This document shows, piece after piece, positions 58,827 through 64,000 of a stretch of 64,000 nucleotides of DNA (position 1 is the first letter of the stretch; each line of letters opens with the position of its first letter). The translations under genes and the position numbers were made by a program. A model generated the notes under the pieces. That model was given only the letters and a program-made list of their open reading frames with translations, was not told the origin of the DNA and made no database searches. Origin of the DNA: a bacterium (GTDB lineage: Bacteria > Patescibacteriota > Minisyncoccia > Minisyncoccales > CG1-02-41-26); the NCBI GenBank assembly GCA_030619905.1, contig JAUXAO010000002.1, forward strand, positions 1,193 to 65,192, given 5' to 3'.

Positions 58827-59882
58827 TTAACCCAATAATCTTATAGTTACTCCTATAATTGCCATTATCATACCTAGAATCCAAAATCTCATAGTGATCT
58901 TAGGTTGACTCCAACCTTTGGCTTCAAGGTGATGATGAATTGGCGATGAAAGAAAAATCTTTCGATGAAGGAATTTTTTTGATAAAAGCTGTAAAATTAC
59001 AGAACCAGCTTCAATAACTAAAAGTCCGGCAATAATAGGAAGAATAACTACTGAATCAGTTAAAAAAGCAACTGCAGCCAGGGTTGCTGTTAATCCCATC
59101 ATTCCGTTTTCTCCCATATAAAACCTAGCCGGAGGGATATTAAACCACAAAAATGCCAGGATTGTTCCTGTTAAAACAGCGCAAAAGGAAGCTAAACCTA
59201 TTTGAGCCTGAGAAAAAGCGATTATGGAAAAAGCGAAGAAAATCATGGCAAAAGTTCCTCCGGACAAGCCGTCAATGCCATCTATTACTCCACCAGCCCA
59301 ACAACCCAAAGTAGTTATGATAAAAAGAGGAATATAGAAAAAACCAATATTAATATCCCCTATCAGAGGGATGAAAAGAGTTGTCCAACCTAATTTATAA
59401 TAGAACCACCAAGATCCCACGGCAGCTATAATTATCATGATGAAAAGGCGTCTGGAAAATTTCATTCCTCCCCCTATATATTTTCCTTTACCAAAAACTT
59501 GCAAAAGGTCGTCGCAAAGACCCAATAAAGAAGCAGCGGCTAAAATAGCCAAGGGAAGCCAAGTCTGACTTCTTGATAAAAAGTTTAATTTTTGAAACCA
59601 AAAACCGTCAAAAAACTTAGCCAAAATTGCAAAAAAGAAGATAACAAAAATAACAGTTACCCAAATTAAAAGACCGCCTAATCTAGGCACCCCTACTTCT
59701 TTTTTTTTATGAAGTTTGAAAAAAACAGGAGCTGCTTTTCCGTCTATTGATTTTTTTCTTGCTTCTTTTTTCCAAAGTTTGTATTTATAGAGAAAGTGAG
59801 TTAAGAAAGGAGTCCATGAAACTGCTAAAAATGAAGAAAAAGCGCAGAGAAATAAAATTTTGATTATATTAGCATCAACCAT
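58827..59882 (-). CDS. mraY: phospho-N-acetylmuramoyl-pentapeptide-transferase
   Basis: Polytopic; GLCDDLLQV, DGIDGL and PIHHHLE. Confidence 0.9.
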   Translation of the reverse strand: MVDANIIKILFLCAFSSFLAVSWTPFLTHFLYKYKLWKKEARKKSIDGKAAPVFFKLHKKKEVGVPRLGGLLIWVTVIFVIFFFAILAKFFDGFWFQKLNFLSRSQTWLPLAILAAASLLGLCDDLLQVFGKGKYIGGGMKFSRRLFIMIIIAAVGSWWFYYKLGWTTLFIPLIGDINIGFFYIPLFIITTLGCWAGGVIDGIDGLSGGTFAMIFFAFSIIAFSQAQIGLASFCAVLTGTILAFLWFNIPPARFYMGENGMMGLTATLAAVAFLTDSVVILPIIAGLLVIEAGSVILQLLSKKFLHRKIFLSSPIHHHLEAKGWSQPKITMRFWILGMIMAIIGVTIRLLG

Positions 59883-59886
59883 AAGA

Positions 59887-60858
59887 TTAAAATCTAAATG
59901 CTTGTTTTGTCCAGTTTATCAATTGTTTCATTTCTTCAAATCTATTTTCTGAACCTAAGACTACGTTTATTAAAAAGGTATTTTTTCTTGGTCCTTCCAA
60001 AATCAGAATTAAACAGCCCCCTGCCCTATCAGTATAGCCGGTTTTTCCTCCGATTATCCCTTCAATTTCTCCTAAAAGTTTATTTGTACTTTGAAGAGTA
60101 TAATGGAAATCTTCATTTTCTCTTTGAGAAAGAATTTCCAAAATTTCAGGCTTATATTTAATTAAATATTTCGCTAACTTTACCAAATCTTCAGATGCAG
60201 AATAATTTGTAATTTGAGAAGAATCTTTGGGGTCTAAACCAGTAGGATTTATAAAATGGGTAGTTTTTGGATTTAAACCTACATTATAATAAGCCTCTAG
60301 ATTCATTAAATCAACAAAACTTTTTTCTTCTAATCTTTCTGTCTGAATATTTGGAGTAGCTAAAGCATATGCCGCATCATTACTTGATTCAATAAGTGCC
60401 ATGGACAAAAGTTCTTTTACCGAAACAATTTGTCCAGCTTTTAGTTTTATTTCCTCCCCTTCCTGCTCAATAGCTTGCTTAGAGATTTCTATTGTATCTG
60501 ATAATTCATATATATTTAAAGCAACTAAAGCTGTCATTAGTTTTGTTAAACTCGCAATTGGAAGTTTTTCAGATTTATTCTTCTCAAAAAGAATTAAATC
60601 TTTTTCTTGAGAGTCAACAAAAACAGAGATAGCTGATTTAGCTAAAATTTTTAAATCAGGAATTTCTTCAATTCTCACTGGCTCTCCAATATTCAGAAGA
60701 GTAGAATAAGAAATATCAGATGTTAAGATTAAAGGGTTTTTTTCAAGTTCCCGAACATAGAAAAAATCCTCCATGCCTTTTTCTAGAATATTTACTCCAC
60801 TCCAGAAAAATATGCTTAATATGAAACAAACTAAGAAAAATTTAATGTTTTTAGACAT
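59887..60858 (-). CDS. D-alanyl-D-alanine carboxypeptidase (peptidase S11)
   Basis: IASLTKLMTA (SxxK), ESSNDAA (SxN) and GKTGYT (KTG). Confidence 0.8.
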   Translation of the reverse strand: MSKNIKFFLVCFILSIFFWSGVNILEKGMEDFFYVRELEKNPLILTSDISYSTLLNIGEPVRIEEIPDLKILAKSAISVFVDSQEKDLILFEKNKSEKLPIASLTKLMTALVALNIYELSDTIEISKQAIEQEGEEIKLKAGQIVSVKELLSMALIESSNDAAYALATPNIQTERLEEKSFVDLMNLEAYYNVGLNPKTTHFINPTGLDPKDSSQITNYSASEDLVKLAKYLIKYKPEILEILSQRENEDFHYTLQSTNKLLGEIEGIIGGKTGYTDRAGGCLILILEGPRKNTFLINVVLGSENRFEEMKQLINWTKQAFRF

Positions 60859-60865
60859 TTTATAA

Positions 60866-62263
60866 TTACTTATCTCTAATTATTTTAATATGCAATTCTT
60901 TTAATTGATCCTCAGGGATTTTTGACGGGACGTCCATCATCAGACCTCTATTATCTCCAGTTTTTGGGAAAGATATAACTTCTCTAATGTTTGGTTCGCC
61001 TAAAACTATAGCCAAAAATCTGTCAATTCCAGGTGCTATGCCGCCATGAGGAGGGACCCCATATTGAAAAGCTTCAAAGTAATTTTTGAATTGTTCTTTT
61101 GTTTCTTTTGGAGAATGTCCTAAAACTTCAAATACAGCTGTCAAAACATTTAAATCTGTGGTTCTTATACTTCCTCCGCCGACTTCCCAACCATTAAGAA
61201 CAAAGTCATGTTGATAAGAGATGATTTTTTCTGGAGTTTTCTTAATCTTTTCTGTATCATCTGTTTTTGGTTTAGTAAAAGGATGATGCGATGCTCCCCA
61301 TCTTTTTTCTCCTTCATGCCATTCAAACATTGGAAAATCAATGATAAAACAAAAGGCAAGTTCATTCTCGTCTTTTTTGTTTTTTCTCAGATCTGGTTTG
61401 TCGCTCTTATATTTTGCCATTGCCTCTTTATATGTCATTCGAGGGAAAGGAATTTCTGAGATTCTTTTTTCAGGAAATAATTTTTTACAAATATCAATAT
61501 AAAGAGATTCGGTCAAATTCAAGATATCATCTTGTTCTACAAAAGACATTTCAATGTCTAATTGGGTGTGTTCTGCCTGCCTATCAGCTCTAGCATCTTC
61601 ATCACGAAGACATCTGGCAATCTGAAAATATCTCTCAAGACCAGCTACCATTAAGAGTTGTTTATATTGCTGTGGGGATTGAGGTAGAGCGTAGAATTTT
61701 CCTGGTTGTAGTCTTGCCGGAACTAAAAAATCACGTGCTCCTTCAGGCGTAGATTTTGTCAAAATAGGAGTTTCCACTTCAACGAAATCCTTTTCTTTAA
61801 GGTATGTTCTCATAAAATAAATAACTTCCTGTCGTATTTTTAAGTTTTTCTGAAGTCGTTGCCTTCTTAAATCCAGATATCTGTATTTTAATCTTTTTTC
61901 TTCGTTGATTTCGTAACCATCACTTTCAACAGAAAAAGGTAAAGTTTTGGCCTCACTGTGAATCTTAAGATCTTCGGCTTTTATCTCAATACCCCCGGTT
62001 TCGATCTTTGGATTTTTCATCTTTTCTGGTCTTTTTTCAACAGTTCCAACAACTTCTATTACCCACTCTGGTCTCAATTTATCAGAGAGTTTGTAAATTT
62101 CTGATTTTAATTCCTCTGTAAATACTATTTGAACTAAGCCGCTTCTGTCTCTTAAATCAATAAAAATAATTTTTCCATGGTCTCTTCTAGAATTAACCCA
62201 TCCACAAACTTTGACTTTCTCCCCTATATATTTAATTGTTTGGTTTATAAAAATTCTTTCCAT
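60866..62263 (-). CDS. aspS: aspartate--tRNA ligase, bacterial-type but lacking the GAD insertion domain
   Basis: VCGWVNSRRDHGKIIFIDLRDRSGLVQIVF, FQIARCLRDEDARADRQAEHTQLD and GIAPGIDRFL. Only 13 residues lie between SDKPDLR and IIDFPMFEW. Confidence 0.88.
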   Translation of the reverse strand: MERIFINQTIKYIGEKVKVCGWVNSRRDHGKIIFIDLRDRSGLVQIVFTEELKSEIYKLSDKLRPEWVIEVVGTVEKRPEKMKNPKIETGGIEIKAEDLKIHSEAKTLPFSVESDGYEINEEKRLKYRYLDLRRQRLQKNLKIRQEVIYFMRTYLKEKDFVEVETPILTKSTPEGARDFLVPARLQPGKFYALPQSPQQYKQLLMVAGLERYFQIARCLRDEDARADRQAEHTQLDIEMSFVEQDDILNLTESLYIDICKKLFPEKRISEIPFPRMTYKEAMAKYKSDKPDLRKNKKDENELAFCFIIDFPMFEWHEGEKRWGASHHPFTKPKTDDTEKIKKTPEKIISYQHDFVLNGWEVGGGSIRTTDLNVLTAVFEVLGHSPKETKEQFKNYFEAFQYGVPPHGGIAPGIDRFLAIVLGEPNIREVISFPKTGDNRGLMMDVPSKIPEDQLKELHIKIIRDK

Positions 62264-62271
62264 AATTTGTT

Positions 62272-63483
62272 TTATTTGATAATTTTTATGAACTTTCTTT
62301 TACCTACTTGTAAAACCATTTCGTTTTTTAATTTAATGTTCTCGTGCCAATCCTTGATTTTTAATTTCTGATCTTTGATTTTTATACTTACTCCCCCTTG
62401 CAGGATTAATCTTTTCGCTTCATTTTTTGAAGAAGCTAAATTTGTTTTTACTAATAAATCTAAAATGAGAAGAGATTTCTTTGAGGTTTTAAAACAAGGA
62501 ATTTTTGAAGGCAGTTTTTTCTCTTGAAAAACACGATTAAATTCTTTTTCAGCAGTTTCTCCTGCTTTTTTACTGTGATACATTTTGATAATTTCTTTAG
62601 CTAAAATCGCTTTTGCATCTTTAGGATTAAGCTCTTTCTTCTTTAAATCTTTTTTAATTTTCTCTATCTCTCTTAAAGAAAGACGTGTTGTTAGTTTGAG
62701 ATAACCCTCGATTAATTCATCTTTCATTGACATAATTCCCCCGTACATATCTTTTGGACTATCAGTAATATTTATAACATTTTTCCAACTGGTTGACATT
62801 TTTCTGCCGTCCATACCATAGAGCATTTTGGAAACCATAATATCCTGTGGCGGTTGGGTGAATATTCTTTGCATGTCTCGGCCAATTTTTAAATTAAACA
62901 GCTGGTCAAAACCACCTATTTCGACATCAGCTTTTATCATAACCGAATCATAACCTTGGAGCATTGGATAGCTTAATTCGTGTAGACCAATAGGCTTGCC
63001 CTTTTCCCAGCGTTCTTTGAAGTTTCGACGTTGAATCATCTGTTGAGCAGTGAAATTCATTGCTAAAGAAAGAAAATCTTTAAGTTTTAATTTACTTAAC
63101 CATTCTGAATTTCGGCGGAATTCAACTTTGTTTAAGTCTAAGATTTTCCCAATTTGTTTTCTATAAGTTTTTAGATTTTCTTTAATATCTTTTTCAGTTA
63201 AAGGTTTTCTCATTGCTTGCTTGTCTGAAGCATCGCCAATTTGGCCGGTGAAGTCCCCGACTATAAAAACGATTTGATGTCCTAAATCCTGAAAATCTCT
63301 TAGTTTCCAAAGTTGAATTGCTCGGCCAATGTGTATTTTAGGCCCTGTAGGATCAATTCCCAGTTTGACTCTTAGTTTCTTTCCTGACTTCAGCTTTTTT
63401 AAAAGATTTTTTTTATTAATAACATCTTCTATCCCCCTTTCTAATATTTCTTTTATCTTTTTAGGATTCGTATTTGTTCTCAT
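62272..63483 (-). CDS. tyrS: tyrosine--tRNA ligase
   Basis: GIDPTGPKIHIGR (HIGH-like), KMSTS, and a C-terminal S4-like KNEAKRLILQGGVSI. Confidence 0.88.
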   Translation of the reverse strand: MRTNTNPKKIKEILERGIEDVINKKNLLKKLKSGKKLRVKLGIDPTGPKIHIGRAIQLWKLRDFQDLGHQIVFIVGDFTGQIGDASDKQAMRKPLTEKDIKENLKTYRKQIGKILDLNKVEFRRNSEWLSKLKLKDFLSLAMNFTAQQMIQRRNFKERWEKGKPIGLHELSYPMLQGYDSVMIKADVEIGGFDQLFNLKIGRDMQRIFTQPPQDIMVSKMLYGMDGRKMSTSWKNVINITDSPKDMYGGIMSMKDELIEGYLKLTTRLSLREIEKIKKDLKKKELNPKDAKAILAKEIIKMYHSKKAGETAEKEFNRVFQEKKLPSKIPCFKTSKKSLLILDLLVKTNLASSKNEAKRLILQGGVSIKIKDQKLKIKDWHENIKLKNEMVLQVGKRKFIKIIK

Positions 63484-63544
63484 AGTTTTAAACTCTATTA
63501 TTTTCTTATTTTAATTGAATTTCTGACTGAAATCAACCCAATCA

Positions 63545-63572
63545 AAAACCGCGAGGTTTTCTCACGGTTTTT
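63545..63572 (-). terminator. terminator-like hairpin downstream of the small minus-strand ORF
   Basis: On the minus strand, CCGTGAG-AAAA-CCTCGCGG is followed by TTTTT. The stem has one mismatch. Confidence 0.4.
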
Positions 63573-63588
63573 GTAAAATCTATAATAG

Positions 63589-63744
63589 TTATTCTCCTTC
63601 GCTTTCTTTATCTTCTGGGGTTGAAAAACTTGAAGGAGTTTCTATCTTAGGTTTCCCTTTTTTCTTTGATTTAACAAACCATAGAATAAGACTGACTACA
63701 GCAACACCTGCAATTACCCAAAATATGCATATTAGAGTGTCCAT
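63589..63744 (-). CDS. possible small membrane protein (51 aa)
   Basis: MDTLICIFWVIAGVAVVSLILWFVKSKKKGKPKIETPSSFSTPEDKESEGE: one TM helix plus a charged tail. Confidence 0.3.
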   Translation of the reverse strand: MDTLICIFWVIAGVAVVSLILWFVKSKKKGKPKIETPSSFSTPEDKESEGE

Positions 63745-63895
63745 AATTGACGTTTTGTAGTATGTTTTTTCGCGACTTTTTTTCTAAAAAAGCAGTCGAA
63801 AACTGTACTACTTTATTATTTTATTTTTTACAACGACTTTTTATCTTTAATCTATTTTAGAGAAATATTTGATAGCAGTCAACCCTAGATGAATA

Positions 63896-64000
63896 TTAAT
63901 TGTCAGTAATTTTGTAAATGTCTCCGGCACCCATTATTATCACTACTTCCCTACCCTTTAGGCCCTTTTTTAAATAATTTATTATCTTTTCTTTTGGTAA
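63896..64000 (-). CDS. 3' end of a CDS continuing beyond the window; Mur ligase family C-terminus (MurC-like)
   Basis: The minus-strand frame reads ...EVVIIMGAGDIYKITDN* with the stop at 63896-63898. It lies in the same orientation as the downstream cell-wall genes. Confidence 0.4.
   Translation of the reverse strand, partial: LPKEKIINYLKKGLKGREVVIIMGAGDIYKITDN

Overview
AT-rich, very gene-dense bacterial window with short or overlapping intergenic junctions and the standard genetic code (TGA is used as a stop, e.g. at the eno/apgM ATGA junction). Several traits point to a Candidate Phyla Radiation (Patescibacteria)-type genome, which is an inference; I cannot place it more precisely. These traits are intron-bearing rRNA genes with LAGLIDADG homing endonucleases, a mismatch in the universal 515F region of the 16S (CAGCAGCGG instead of CAGCCGCGG), pilin-like genes, domain-reduced housekeeping proteins, and a fermentative lower-glycolysis/acetate gene set.

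Content in order:
- An activase-related gene pair, then ftsZ, galU, redox genes, and eno-apgM-gap-pduL-ackA-ppsA.
- Ribosomal and translation genes: L25, a truncated RF1, L31, S2, EF-Ts.
- A highly unusual rRNA locus: tRNA-Thr, 16S with an 832-nt endonuclease-bearing insertion, tRNA-Ile, two tandem [small TM protein + type IV pilin-like] modules, an orphan tRNA 5' half, tRNA-Ala, a membrane protein, 23S with two group I introns 51 nt apart, and 5S.
- mreCD-pbp2, lysS, serS, and a femX-murF-ddl-ftsQ run.
- Two GT39-like glycosyltransferases, grpE-dnaK-dnaJ, tRNA-Lys, ctp, rplI, pyrG, rpmA, and a xer recombinase.
- gltX, a second cell-wall block (murG-ftsW-murD-mraY-dac), aspS, tyrS, and a partial Mur-ligase gene.

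I found no CRISPR array, defence island or toxin system. The most interesting material is the rRNA locus: the pilin cassette with a 129-bp perfect repeat, the orphan tRNA half, the twin introns, the degenerate anti-Shine-Dalgarno tail and the recurring AU-rich hairpin module. Several domain-deleted core proteins (RF1, AspRS, an atypical FtsZ) are also notable. RNA coordinates are hand-aligned and approximate, within a few nt (up to about 15 nt for the 23S ends).
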